From Octopus vulgaris (taxonomy: Eukaryota), in contig OX597815.1 in NCBI GenBank assembly GCA_951406725.2, positions 3,782,001-3,846,000 on the forward strand: a stretch of 64,000 nucleotides of DNA. Direction: 5' to 3'. A model generated the notes under the pieces. That model searched no databases and was not told the origin of the DNA. It was given only the letters and a program-made list of their open reading frames with translations. Made by a program: the position numbers and the translations under genes. The first letter of the stretch is position 1. Each line of letters opens with the position of its first letter. This document shows, piece by piece, positions 1-13,159 of the stretch.

Positions 1-159
1 AGGAGTATGTGCATATGTATGTACATATGTGTTTATCTACGTGCGTATGTATATGCAAGTATGTGTACATCACACTCTATATTCGTATGTCAACGGTTGT
101 ATGGGTTGAGTGTATGTAGTACGCATATATGTGTCTGTATATATACATACATACATATA

Positions 160-238
<79 letters not shown>

Positions 239-369
239 TATATTAAATTAGAGACAAAACCACTATTAGGCAAATCATACAATGAAAAACTTAAGCCAAT
301 ACATAAGATTATTTAATTTATATTATTTAAATATATAACAAAATTATTAAAAAAATATAATTAATATAT

Positions 370-433
370 CACTACGATCGTTTCATGGCTGTTAATTTCT
401 TTAAATTTTCAAGTCACAGTCATTCATCAGGTG
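370..433 (-). ncRNA. Minimal type I hammerhead ribozyme in a PLE-like module (~240-460) next to (TA)n
   Basis: Minus strand reads CAC-CUGAUGA-AUGACUGU...ACAGCCAU-GAAA-CGAUCG-UA-GUG. Canonical core, stems I and II pair, palindromic stem III ACGAUCGU, GUA cleavage triplet. Confidence 0.85.
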
Positions 434-633
434 GTTTAAATATTCATATTGGCGAGGTATATATATATGTATGTATGTATATACGTGGTTGTATGTATAT
501 ATAAACACGTATATATGTATTTGTATGTGCTATGACGTACACGTATATAATTGAAAATGTGCGTTCCGATGGCCAACCGGGTGTATATAGTCCTCGTAAT
601 TGACATGACTCTTTATGTCCGTCATTGTATACA

Positions 634-1133
634 CGCAGTTTCCACTGTCCACCTTCTATCGCGCACTCAGTACATCGCGGATTTTTCTGACTAATATCGC
701 TAATATCGCGGACTTCTCAGTACAACGCAGCTATCTGCGGCCGATAGACATTTATATGTTTTTAGATTTTAATTATTTCTCTGTTACAATTATTTCTGCA
801 GCCGATAGGTATTTATATATTTTTAGATTTTAATAATTCTTGTGACAAACACAGTGCAGTACTGCACTGTATAACACATTAATTAAAACCTATTAAAAGC
901 AAATACGCAGTGTACCGTAGATGGGTAAACAAAGAATCGCACATATTGTATGGAGAACGAAACTCGGGAGGCGAGTGCGTGGTGTTGTTTGGCATTTGTA
1001 ATAAAATAAACATATACAAATTATAAAAGTGATTTTAAAATATATACAGTACAGTACTGTTTCTACTTCACAGATTTTCACCTATCGCGTGAGGTTTCAG
1101 AACGTAACACCTGCGATAGTCGAGGGATTACTG
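634..1133. mobile_element. Tigger/pogo-like (Tc1-mariner) MITE, left end degenerate
   Basis: Right end ...GCGATAGTCGAGGGATTACTG followed by TA. Repeated TATCGCG/CATCGCGG subterminal motifs at both ends. Confidence 0.6.
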
Positions 1134-1179
1134 TATATTTATATATACATTATATTATATTATTTCAAGTGACTTTCGT

Positions 1180-1430
1180 GGAGGCTCGTGGCCTAGAGCT
1201 TAGGTCTTTGCTCTGACGATCGCAAAATCACGGTATTGACTCCAGGACCGGTCGGGGCATTGTGTCCTTGAGCAAAAACACTTCATTTCAAGTTGCTCCT
1301 TCGTGCTCAATTCTAAAATGAGTTCCGTCAGTAACTGGGAAGTTAACTCTGTGCCGGACTGGCGTCTTGTCCAGGTGGGATGGGGTCATAGAAACCTGTT
1401 TAAAGTCCGGCCTCATGGGTCCACCAGCAC
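1180..1430 (+). mobile_element. tRNA-derived SINE family C (V-domain-like TTGTGTCCTTGAGCAA core), diverged copy
   Basis: A/B-box-like head and similarity to copies at 5250, 9598 and 62003. Confidence 0.7.
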
Positions 1431-1560
1431 AATTATAAGCGTAAATCAAGGAATTTCCTGAAAAAAACAGTTTTACTTTCTCTTTATCCTTATAACTTTT
1501 CCTCTCTCACTCTTATCCCCAGTTTCTTTCCTTACAATGCTCTCTCACTTTCATACTCTA

Positions 1561-1631
<71 letters not shown>

Positions 1632-2189
1632 ATCTATAAATCTATCTATCTCAATTGATTGAATTAAATTGTTTTCATTAAATATGAGGTAGGGATTTTG
1701 AACTCGCTTTCTCTCTCTCTCTTTCTCTCTCTCTCTCACTCTCTCTCTTCTCTCTCTCTCTCTCTCTTTGCATATATATATATATATATATACTGTTTTC
1801 TTCCTCCATCCTCCTCTAATTCTCTTTTTCTCCCCTCCCTCCTTCATCGTTTTCTATCTTCCTCTCTCTCCCATCTCCCTCCTTTTCTCTCACTCTCTTC
1901 ATCTTTCTCTTTTTCTCTCTCTCCCTCGTTGCTCACACGTAACCATCGTCCATCTTTCTTTTCCACACATAACCATCTTTCTTTTCCTTTTCTCTCTCTC
2001 TCTCTCTTCTATCTTTTCTCTTTTCAAAAAAATATTTCTCCCAGCGTTCACTATTTTCCTCTCGTTCTCGTCTAACGACCCTCCATGCAGGTTTTCGTTT
2101 GGTCAGATCTCTCCAAACGTGATCATCACCTCTTTCTTGCCTTTGTAGTTGTTTTAAGTACAATATATCTACGTTTATATAATACAATA

Positions 2190-2251
<62 letters not shown>

Positions 2252-2650
2252 ATGGTGGTGGTGGTGGTGGTGGTCCAAATCTCCAGCGGCGCGTCTTTGC
2301 TGCTCTGGCCATGCCTCAAACGAAGATCAATTGAAAACTGGGGGAATGGAATCCTTCGATTTCATTGTATTTTTTTCATCCCCCAAGACTGTTCCTTACT
2401 GCACCTTTATCATGCAAACCCTTACTGCACCTACTTCGTGTGATCCTAACGTACTTTCTTTCATTCCTTACTTCTTCGTTTCTTTCTCTCCTCACCTCTT
2501 TCCTTTCCACATCTTTTTCTTACGTCATTGCCATTGCATGCTTCTCATTCTTTCCCTTTGATCCGTATTCTTTTTAGAGTTATTATTGCTATTTTTTTCC
2601 CGCTTGGCGGCGGCCATTTCGAGGTGTTTAGCAATCAATTGCAAAACACA

Positions 2651-2703
<53 letters not shown>

Positions 2704-2726
2704 GATATAATACACACACATATACG

Positions 2727-2769
<43 letters not shown>

Positions 2770-2793
2770 ATATATGTATATATATATGCATAT

Positions 2794-2833
<40 letters not shown>

Positions 2834-3554
2834 GTACATATATATAAATATATATATATACACATATATATGTATATATATATATATGTGTATGTAAGTG
2901 TGTTCGTATGCATGTATATGCGTATACATACAATGTCTGATTAACCGACATTTAAAATGCGTATACACGCACACTAACCTATGCACATATCATGCATATT
3001 ACGTTACCCATCAAACACACATATACATCCGTATATACAGAGATACACAAACTCGTAGATACACAGATACATACATACATACATACATACATACATACAT
3101 ACATACATACATACATACATACATACATACATGCATACATACATACATACATACATACATACATACATACATACATACATACATAATACATACATACATA
3201 CATACATACATACATACATACATACATACATACATACATACATACATACATACATACATACATACATACATAGGTATTCACTACCTCCTCGACTCCCGAG
3301 TAAACCTCATGTTTCTTAAAAATAAAATTGTTTAAAAATAAAAATTCTCCACTCACAAAAATAATTCTAAACAGTAAAAGTTGCCAAAGAAACCCTCCAT
3401 ACACACACATGTATACGCGTGTGTGTGTATATGTATATGTGTATATATACATATATATGTGTGTGTATATATATACCTATATGTATATTTGAATATATAC
3501 ATACATATATATATATATGTATATATATATGTGTGTGTATATGTACATGTATGT

Positions 3555-3590
<36 letters not shown>

Positions 3591-3595
3591 ATATA

Positions 3596-3626
<31 letters not shown>

Positions 3627-3737
3627 GCATGTGTATATGTACATATGCATGTGTATGTATATATATATATATACATATATATATATGTATGTATGTCTGT
3701 ATGTATGTATGTATGTATTTATGTATGTATGCATGTG

Positions 3738-3815
<78 letters not shown>

Positions 3816-3819
3816 TGTG

Positions 3820-3860
<41 letters not shown>

Positions 3861-4120
3861 GGACTGATGAAGTGGGGGCTGTGTGCCTTTGTGTGATGTT
3901 TAGCAGGGGCTTGCCTTTCAAATTTGTAAAAGCAGTTCTTGTGTTCAGACTTGCCAATCTTGTAATCAATGGCAGACCAGTTCTGCTGGGGTTACCGGCC
4001 TTGTTTCTCACGTTTATTTTTTCAAAAAATAACCGAGTGAGGTCGTCACGATCACAGTTTCCTACAAATCACGCGTAACAAATGCCGTCGTGATTCTCTC
4101 GCTTTGCGCTGACGGATGTT

Positions 4121-4189
<69 letters not shown>

Positions 4190-4199
<10 letters not shown>

Positions 4200-4397
4200 A
4201 GCAAAGGTGATTGGGAATCTGTTGGCTTGATTCCATGACGGTGGTGACAATGGTGACGGTGATGTTGACGATGATGATGGTGGTGGTGGTGGTGGTGGTT
4301 GTGCGTTGGTGATGTTGGTAGTGTTTGAGTGATGGGGAGGTAAGGTGGATGGAGGGCCAGGGTTGCGGTGTAGCGCCGACGTTGTGCATTGTGGTAC

Positions 4398-4440
<43 letters not shown>
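4190..4440 (-). repeat. Unclassified dispersed repeat with internal (CAC)n/(TAC)n tracts
   Basis: Reverse complement matches 34880-35110 (…ACTGTA(C/T)CACAATGC(A/C)CAACG(T/C)CGGCGC(T/C)ACACCGCAACCC…). Confidence 0.6.
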
Positions 4441-5249
4441 TTATTGGTGGTGGTCGTCGTCGTCTTGGTTAAATAGATACAGGGAATATGCATGTGATGT
4501 GTTTACACGCTTAATTCATTCCTGTGTGTGTGTGCATGTGAGTGTATATGTATGTGTATATGTATATGTGTGTGTATGTGCGTGTGTATGTGTGTGTGTT
4601 TGTGTATGTATGTGTGTGTATGTGTGTGTATGTGCGTGTATATGGGTGTGTATGTATGCGTGTATGCGTGTATGCGTGTGTATGTGCATGTGTGTGTGTT
4701 TGTGTGTATGTGTGTATGTGTGTGTATGTGTGTATATGTGTGTGTATATGTATGTATGTGTATGTATATGTATTTGAATTTATGTGTATATGTGCGTATG
4801 TGTGTGCATGTGTGTATGTATGTATATGTGTGTGTATATGCGTGTGTGTGTTTGTATGTGTGTATGCGTGTGTATGTGCATGTGTGTATGTGTGTATGTG
4901 TGTATGTGTGCTTATGTGTGTATGTTTGTGTATGTGTGTAGATATATGTGTGTATATGCGTGTGTATGTGCATGTGTGTGTATGTGTGTGTATTTAAGTG
5001 TGTGTATGCGTGTGTATGCTTGTGTATGTGTGTATGTATGTGTGTGTATATGTGTGTATGTAAGTGTATGTGTGTATATGTGCGTATATGTGTCTACATA
5101 TGTGTGTATATGAGTGCCTATGTGCGTATGTATGTGTGTGTGTATGAGTGTGTATATGTATGTGTGTGTGTGTGTATGTGTGTTGTCTGATCGTGTGTAT
5201 AGTTTGATATATGAACGTGTGTAATGAAAGATGTGTTCATGTTCGTGGT

Positions 5250-5480
5250 GAAGGCGCACGGCTTAGGGCGGTATTTGTATTAGGCTGACGATCGTAAAAT
5301 CATGAGTTCGATACCTAGCAGAGCGTTGTGTCCTTGAGCAAGACACTTTATTTTACGTTTCTCCACCCCAATCACTTGGCAAAAATGAGTTGTGCCTGTA
5401 ATTCGAAGGGGCCAGCCTTGTGACATTACGCGCCACACTGACCCACCCTGGAACTATATCAAGGATACACATCACTGTGC
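5250..5480 (+). mobile_element. SINE family C
   Basis: GAGTTCGATACC B-box-like motif, then GTGTCCTTGAGCAAGACACTTTATTT…AAAAATGAGTTG. Confidence 0.75.
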
Positions 5481-5809
5481 AGGATGATGTCATGAGCACA
5501 CTAACCGACGAAGTGCCATTTTTTGTTTTGTTTCGTTTCGTTTCGTTTTTTGTTTGTTTATATACACGTCAACGTCTCTTTGTGTCTATGGACACGGGTG
5601 TAGGTGTATATATTTGAGTTATGTGTGTAATCACTGTTTATCTTTGTTGGTGGGTGGGTCTGTGTGTGAGTGAATGCGTACTAAATATCTTTATGGTTCA
5701 CATATGTATGATACACATGTATATTCTACGTAATCCTGTGTTCGTGTGAATATGTATGTACAAAACTATCATTGCATTGGTAAACACGCGGCAGGGTATA
5801 TAAACTGCT

Positions 5810-6022
5810 TTCAAATTTTGGCACTGGGCCAGCAATGTCAAGGGAGGGCTTAAATCGATTTCGTTAACCCCAGTGCTTAACTGGTACTTATTTTATCGAC
5901 CCCGAAAGGATGAAAGACAAAGTCGACCTCGGTGGAATTTAAACCCAGAACGATGCAAAGATGGACGAAATGCCGCTAAGTATTTTATCCGGTGTACTAA
6001 TGAGTCTCCTTGCTCGCCACCT
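5810..6022 (-). mobile_element. SINE family A (GTCGACTTTGCCTTTCATCCTTTCGGGGTCGATAAA central domain, Meta/Nin-like)
   Basis: Shares the central domain with more than ten copies in the window. Confidence 0.8.
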
Positions 6023-6027
6023 TAAAT

Positions 6028-6625
6028 TAGTCGCTAGTTAGTCCCTCTTATTTCCACGTGGAACTTTAGGCAGCAAGAAAAGATTTCCATCTTTACGGTT
6101 TCTCTGCAAGACGCTTGGCATCCTCTCAGCTCAACCCCTCTGCTTCTAGATCCTACAGAACTAGCCTCTTCCTATTTCTGTATTACCCACAAGGGGCTAA
6201 ACATAGAGAGGACAAACAAGGACAGACATAGGTATTAAGTCGATTACATCGACCCCAGTGCGTAACTGGTACTTAATTTATCGACCCCGAAAGGATGAAA
6301 GGCAAAGTCGACCTCGGCGGAATTTGAACTCAAAACGTAACGGCAGACGAAATACCGCTAAGCATTTAGCCCGGCGTGCTGACGTTTCTGCCAGCTCGCC
6401 GCCTGTTCCGTGTTATAGATGGCGCGTCGACACTTCATTTTTCTATCTTCTTGTTTCCAGTCGAGGGAGAGCTTTGGGTGCCTTGTGGTGTTGGCATTCT
6501 AAAGACATGTCCAAGAAAGCTCAGACGACGATGAACTTTTCACTGTGATCCTTAGTGGTTTCTGCTTGGTTCTCTCATAGACATTTTTTATGGTTATTCT
6601 CTTGCCTAGAGATTTTAAGAATTTT
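6028..6625 (-). mobile_element. RTE-clade LINE 3' remnant, interrupted by SINE A at 6174-6403
   Basis: Minus strand encodes RRLSFLGHVFRM, matching the RTE C-terminal RRL.W.GHV.RM motif; frameshifted downstream. Confidence 0.6.
6174..6403 (-). mobile_element. SINE family A, full length
   Basis: GGCGGCGAGCTGGCAGAAACG head, GAGTTCAAATTCC B box, central domain and tail. Confidence 0.9.
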
Positions 6626-6940
6626 TTGACAGTTTCGTATGTATCGTTGCTGTTATCCTCCAGTAAACCTAAAATTCATGACGTTCCAGCCATGACTAAT
6701 CCATAGTTTTCTAATGCGTACAAAAATTCTCACATTGTCTAACAGGTGGTCGCAGTGGTATCAAATCCTTTATAATATGGTTGTTGAAATGAGTATAGAA
6801 ATTGCGTGAATTCAGCATTAAAAGAATTGGGGAACCAAATGAGCGGAGGCTGACAGTGCCATGCTACTCACGAGGAAGGAGGTTCGAGTAAATACTTTGT
6901 ATTGGTTCAACTTGAACATGTAGGCAAAAATTCTTAAAAT

Positions 6941-7024
<84 letters not shown>

Positions 7025-7064
7025 GTATATATATGTATATATATGTATATATATATATATATAC

Positions 7065-7108
<44 letters not shown>

Positions 7109-7160
7109 TATATATATATATATGTATATATATATGTATATATATATATGTATATATATG

Positions 7161-7210
<50 letters not shown>

Positions 7211-7220
<10 letters not shown>

Positions 7221-7370
7221 GAGGGCATTATTATACATACATGCCTCACGCTAAGAGGAACATCAGTCATTTCTACCAAAAATTTTTTTGTAAAATTTTT
7301 TGGTAGAAAATGACTAATGTCCCTCTTAGCGTGAGACATGTATGTATAATAATGCCCTCTATATATAAAT
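7211..7370. repeat. ~160-bp near-perfect palindrome abutting (TA)n
   Basis: Arms GAGGGCATTATTATACATACATG…CTACCAAAAA and TTTTTGGTAG…CATGTATGTATAATAATGCCCTC. Confidence 0.9.
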
Positions 7371-7512
7371 TAATATGTTCAATAAGAATTATTTTCGAAA
7401 TTTTCTCTTATGAGGTTTTTCACGCTATCTACCTGATAATTTCTTGTTAAGATTCCTTATTAAGAAGTTATCCTTAATTGTTAAATTATATATATATATA
7501 TATATATATATA

Positions 7513-7676
7513 CTACGGGCTTCCTTTTCCTAGTCTCCGTCTACCAAATCCACTCACAAGGATTTGGCCGGCCCGAAACTTTAGTTGAAGGTACATGCCC
7601 AATGTGCCACGCAGTGGCACTGATCCCGGAACCATGCAGCCATGAAGCAAACTTCTTACCACACAGCCACGCCTGC
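7513..7676 (-). mobile_element. SINE family B (CORE-like CACCTTGGGCAAGTGTCTTC), 5' half
   Basis: Homologous to 61125-61290. Confidence 0.8.
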
Positions 7677-7694
7677 GACTATAACGAGAAAATA

Positions 7695-7757
<63 letters not shown>

Positions 7758-7850
7758 ATATATATATATACATACACGTCCATTGGTTTACGTCAGACGA
7801 ATTAGAGAGGAGGGCTCAGTACGCTGCTGTAGAAAATATGGTAGAGTTCA

Positions 7851-7887
7851 CACCTGAAGATCGCAGCGGCGTGAAACTCAAGTCGTC
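7851..7887 (+). ncRNA. Candidate minimal hammerhead ribozyme
   Basis: CAC-CUGAAGA-UCGC-AGCG-GCGU-GAAA-CUCAAG-UC-GUC. Canonical core and GUC triplet, but stem I has only 2 clear bp. Confidence 0.55.
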
Positions 7888-8509
7888 AGATAAACTTACG
7901 GTTTAAGTTACAATAAAAAAACGCATACATTTACATACATTTACATACACACACACACAACACCTGGTTGTTCCTTGTTAGAATTCTGCAATGAGTGAAA
8001 TGCATTTCATATGAATATACATTCATGCTTATACATAAATGTAAACACTACTAAAATCACGCAATACACACATAAATGCATAAATAAACTTTGCGTATAT
8101 TCATATATTTAATCACGCCACAAATTTTAACAAAGAAAAGGTGAAACGCCTGGAAACAGTCTTAGAGTCGGGCACTGAATAAAGTGACATTCGATTTATC
8201 AAGCGGGATTTTCTTTTCAACTGTAGATATTCTCAAGTATGTATTTAATATTACTGCGATAAGGTTAGGAGCTGGCGATAATCTGGATTTCTTTAATATT
8301 CCAATATTGAACTGACAGACCCGTCATCGCATCAGAAACGTATGGATCTCGTTTGACAATCGGGACGGGATTAGATGAAGAATGGAATTGACAAGTGGGA
8401 AAAATAAATGTCTTCGCTTTATGATTATCACCACCACCAGCAACAGCACTAATACTACTACAACTACTATTATAATATGTATATACATATATGTACATAT
8501 ATATGTGCA

Positions 8510-8588
<79 letters not shown>

Positions 8589-8594
<6 letters not shown>

Positions 8595-8630
8595 AGCTTC
8601 TACAGGACTAGTACTGTAGAAGCTCCTTCT
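8589..8630. repeat. 42-bp hairpin with perfect 17-bp arms
   Basis: AGAAGGAGCTTCTACAG-gactagta-CTGTAGAAGCTCCTTCT at the edge of a short insert between (GA)n and (TA)n. Confidence 0.9.
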
Positions 8631-8706
8631 ATAAAATAAATTAATTTACTCTGCTATGTATTGATTACCTTATTTACTGTGGTTAACCCCGACTCAACCC
8701 GGGACC

Positions 8707-8765
<59 letters not shown>

Positions 8766-8967
8766 GTGTGTATATATATAGAGAGAGAGAGGGAGGAGAG
8801 GGAGAGAGAGAGAGGTTGGTGGTGTTCTGTGTTGTGTTGTGTGTTCATGTTGAGTTGGGGAAGATATTTATTTCTTGATCAATGGGCATTTTCGCTTATT
8901 TTTCTTCTTACTTTCCCCTGACATTTCCACGTGTAGTTTCTATTTTCTTTTTGTAACATATTTCTAT

Positions 8968-9031
<64 letters not shown>

Positions 9032-9034
9032 TAT

Positions 9035-9126
<92 letters not shown>

Positions 9127-9131
9127 TATAC

Positions 9132-9179
<48 letters not shown>

Positions 9180-9180
<1 letters not shown>

Positions 9181-9425
9181 CCAGTCAGCGGAGCAGTCTG
9201 CTCGTAAGACTAACTTACAAGTGTGTACTCCACAGACACGTGTATCCTTGCCGTAGGTTACGGAGAGATTCAGCGTGACACAGAATATGACGAGACTGGC
9301 CCCCTTTGAATTACTGGTACGGCTCGTTTTTGTCAGCTGTATGGACTGGAGCAACGTGAAATAAAGTGTCTTGCTCAAGGGCACACTGAAACGTCAGATA
9401 TCGAACTCACGATCTTACGAGTATG
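9180..9425 (-). mobile_element. SINE family C
   Basis: Reverse complement of the 5250 and 62003 family. Confidence 0.8.
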
Positions 9426-9597
9426 AGCTGAGGGTATTTATGACTGCTCACGATCATATAGGAGCCTGAAGTTGTCAGTGAAAGGATGGTTTATATTACG
9501 AAGCCATGCTCGCTCAAGAGTGACGGCTGTGCTATACGATAGACTGCCATACAACACAAAGTAATAACTGTATTAATTATTGAAATAGTAATACATG

Positions 9598-10321
9598 AAG
9601 GCACATGGCTCAGTGGTTAGAGCGTCGAGCTTACGATCGAGTGGTTGTGCGTTCGATTCACGGACCGGGCTGCATGTTATGTTCTTGAGCAAGACACTTT
9701 ATTTCCCGTTGCTCCAGTTGCGACGTCACTGGTGCCAAGCTGTATCGGCCCCTTAGCCGTTCCCTTGGGTAACACTGGTGGCGTGGAGAGGGGAAACCGG
9801 GGATCTTTTCTATTTTGAGGCCAGGACCCCAGATCTTTCTAGTTAACTAAATAATTTGAAACTTTGTGTACTCATAGAGTCGAACTAGTTTATTCGCCAG
9901 TTGGAACTAGTTTATTTGAGAAAAATCTATTTTATGACTTTAATCGTAGATTAAAACTGCGAATTTTAACCAATGAGATTGCTTGTTTTCATATCTAAAA
10001 CGTTACTGCGATCTGTTAGTGTGACGTTGAAAGCAGTTTTGTGACGTCTGCTATTTCTAAAAAGCTTTGTGTGTGGTAAAGTAATTTTTTTACTTTACCA
10101 TATTTTTATAAATTATATCGGAGAATCCATATTTTTATAACATATATCGGAGAATCCATGTGATTTTTCGTTGTTTTTCTCTTATACGTATGTGAATTAT
10201 TTCTGAGTATGCATTGTCTGGGAGACTTTTTCTTGCAGTTGAGAAATTTTTGGCTGCTATTTCTAAAAAGCTCGGTGTGTGGTTAAGTAATTTTTTTACT
10301 TTACCATATTTTTATAAATTA

Positions 10322-10386
<65 letters not shown>

Positions 10387-11440
10387 ATGTATGTGTGTGT
10401 GTGTAAGTATGTGTAAAAAATTACATTGAATCGGCCATACATACATACATACATACACATACACAGATACATACACACATACATTCAGGCATATACACAT
10501 ACACCGAGTAAAAAATTTCAGTTATCTCTCTCTTTCACACATTACTTTCTCTGTCTCTTCGCACACACTAACAGAAGCACTTCACTTACACAACATACTG
10601 TCTCCCACACCCCATCAAACACACACACACACACACACACACATACACATGTACATCAATGCTTTCATAGGTTCAAAAGAAATTTCCTCGTCATAAAATC
10701 GTTTCCTCTTAGTCTCTTTCGCTCTCATTACTTCAAATGCTCCCGCAAAGCCATATGTAAAAAAATAAAAGTTTTTTACGGAAATCGACGGAAAACTTGT
10801 GCTACGACAAGCGAAACTTCGCCAGAGAGAGATAACTGAAATTTTTTACTCGGTGTATGTGTATATGTATGTCTGCATGTATGTGTGTGTGTGTATGTAT
10901 CTATGTATGTATGGCCAATTCATCGTAATTACGATTACGATGAATCGGCTATACATACATACACACACACACATACATACACACACACACATACTTACAC
11001 ATACATACACACACACATACATGCAGACATACAGAATGGAAACATTTTCAATTTAATACATGTGGCTTATTAACTAGTTTTAAATATTGTTATTAGAAGG
11101 TGGCTGACTTGTTTACATTTAAGATGTTAAATACGTCACGAAATTGGTGGTCGAGACGGAGTAAATAAAATAAAGCCGAATGACGGAATATCATTGGTTA
11201 AAATTCTAATTATTAAACAACGTTAAACTTAGAAGTTACAATTCCGTTTTCATTCTGGTTTACAATTAAGTTTACTTTTGACACATTCTACCAGTATACG
11301 AAGTTTCAAATTGTTTGGTTCAGTAGGAAAAATTTGAAAAAACTGGCCTCAAAATAGAAAAGATCCGAAACCGGTATTCATGGGCGATTGCTGGCCTTAC
11401 ATAAACAACCTTGCCCGGACTTCTGCCTCTGAGGGGGCCT
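9598..11440 (+). mobile_element. SINE family C split by a DNA transposon (pieces 9598-9800 and 11375-11440)
   Basis: TGGCTCAGTGG A box and GTTCGATTC B box; the body resumes after the TSD. Confidence 0.75.
9801..11366. mobile_element. Non-autonomous TIR DNA transposon, 8-bp TSD, GG termini (Merlin-like)
   Basis: Perfect 24-bp TIR GGATCTTTTCTATTTTGAGGCCAG (9801-9824 and 11343-11366). TSD GAAACCGG at 9793-9800 and 11367-11374. No transposase ORF. Confidence 0.85.
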
Positions 11441-11465
11441 CAGCACATACATGATTATTATTATT

Positions 11466-11800
11466 GAGTGTGAGAACAGTGCATGCCATCAAAGTGACAC
11501 TGGGGTAAAATATACGAAGCCCAGTATACCCATCAGGGCTGCCCATCTGATAAGGTTACACTAGGCACACGCATCACAACCATATGTGCTTGACATCAGC
11601 ATTGTTCGCTCTCTTTGGGTATTTGCCATTGAGAGGTTTTTCTTGCCATTTATCAGTCAGAATATTTAAGGGCACAGTTATAGCAGGGGTTTTCATGCGC
11701 TTAGCTTTTTATGCGCGTGTTTCTCGTATATCTAATTCCGGAATTTATTGTATTTGGAATTCACTTTGATATTTCTTTGCCTGTTTTGTTACTGAGTATC
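11466..11800 (-). mobile_element. R4/Dong-like non-LTR retrotransposon remnant between (ATT)n tracts
   Basis: Minus frame YSVTKQAKKY…*…KAKRMK…DKWQEKPLNGKYPKRANNADV resembles the R4/Dong post-RT W..KPLHG.Y motif. Flanked by (TAA)n, the known Dong target. Confidence 0.65.
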
Positions 11801-11801
11801 A

Positions 11802-11887
<86 letters not shown>

Positions 11888-12102
11888 TTTATTTGTGACT
11901 TTACCTTTCATCCTTTAAATACCAGTGAAATAGGAAACACGTGTAGTCTTTTTTACCATTTATATACTTTTTATTTATTATTTTGTACTTCACTTAATTA
12001 TTAGTATGTTTTTATCGTATATTTAATTTTTTTCTATATGGTATAATTTAATTGTGTCATTGTTATTTCATTGTTGAATTGATAAAAGGTGGTTCTTCTC
12101 TA

Positions 12103-12157
<55 letters not shown>

Positions 12158-12161
<4 letters not shown>

Positions 12162-12281
12162 ATCCAAACAAGAAAGCACAAAAAAACACAACAACGCGAG
12201 AACGTGGAACAAATATAGTATTATTGGACGCTCAGGAAAGAAGGAAAGAAGGAGGGTTTAACGTTTCGAGCGGAGCTCTTC

Positions 12282-12283
<2 letters not shown>
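12158..12283 (-). mobile_element. HHR-bearing PLE pseudo-LTR family P1, truncated inside the ribozyme core
   Basis: Reverse complement of ~28884-29010; ACGAAGAGCUCCGCUCGAAACGUUAAAC lacks the CUG. (TA)n on both sides. Confidence 0.8.
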
Positions 12284-12334
<51 letters not shown>

Positions 12335-12889
12335 AAAATGAGGTAATCAGATCGGATGGTTCATATTTATAGATATTTATTTATATATTACATTTTTTTG
12401 CATATATATCATATCATTCAGATCATATCATTCGGATTATTAGCGCTTTCTCCCAATCCAGTGGGGTTTTCAAATCAAATCAATTCCTTTGTGGGGAATT
12501 TGAACATTTTATAGTTTCGTAGTAGTGGGGAGGAATAAGACAGTATAAAAGGGTGAGGAGAAAGTGAGACAGAGAAAACATGTGTGTATGTGTATGTGTA
12601 TGTGTGTGTGTGTGTGTATGTGTGTGTGTGTATGTGTGTGTGTGTGTGTGTGTGTCTCTGTGTGTTTGGAGAAGGAGAGAGAGAAAAAAGAGAAAAGGGA
12701 AAATAAAAATAATAATAAAAATAAATATAAAAATAAAAATAAAAAAATAATAAAAAAATATAAAAAATAAAAAATAAAAAATAAAATATAAAAAAATAAA
12801 TAAAAAATAAATAAAAATAAGGGAGGAAGTGGAGAAGAAGAAAAAATATTTTTGTGTGTTGATATTTATACCAATACATATATATATAC

Positions 12890-13094
12890 ACACCCAGACT
12901 TATACATAAAATATTTGAAAAAAAAATTTTTATCGGTTCAAAATGAACAACCAAATTACACCATCTTGAAAATTGTATATCATAGGAAAGTTAAAATTAA
13001 AGTGACAATTAAAAGGTAAAGATGGAAGTAAATTATAAAGATAATAATATAATATAATGTATATAACAGGCAATACACATATCTATATACACAC

Positions 13095-13159
<65 letters not shown>

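Noticed and set aside
9598-9670. tRNA genes at SINE heads (also 62003 and 61125)
   Set aside because: A/B boxes are present but continue into SINE bodies without a complete cloverleaf.
12436-12475. Further HHR-like halves (also ~15205-15250, ~29410-29445, ~54010-54050, ~56668-56685)
   Set aside because: Only GAAA-stem-UH halves or cores with two or more mismatches; too degenerate to call individually.
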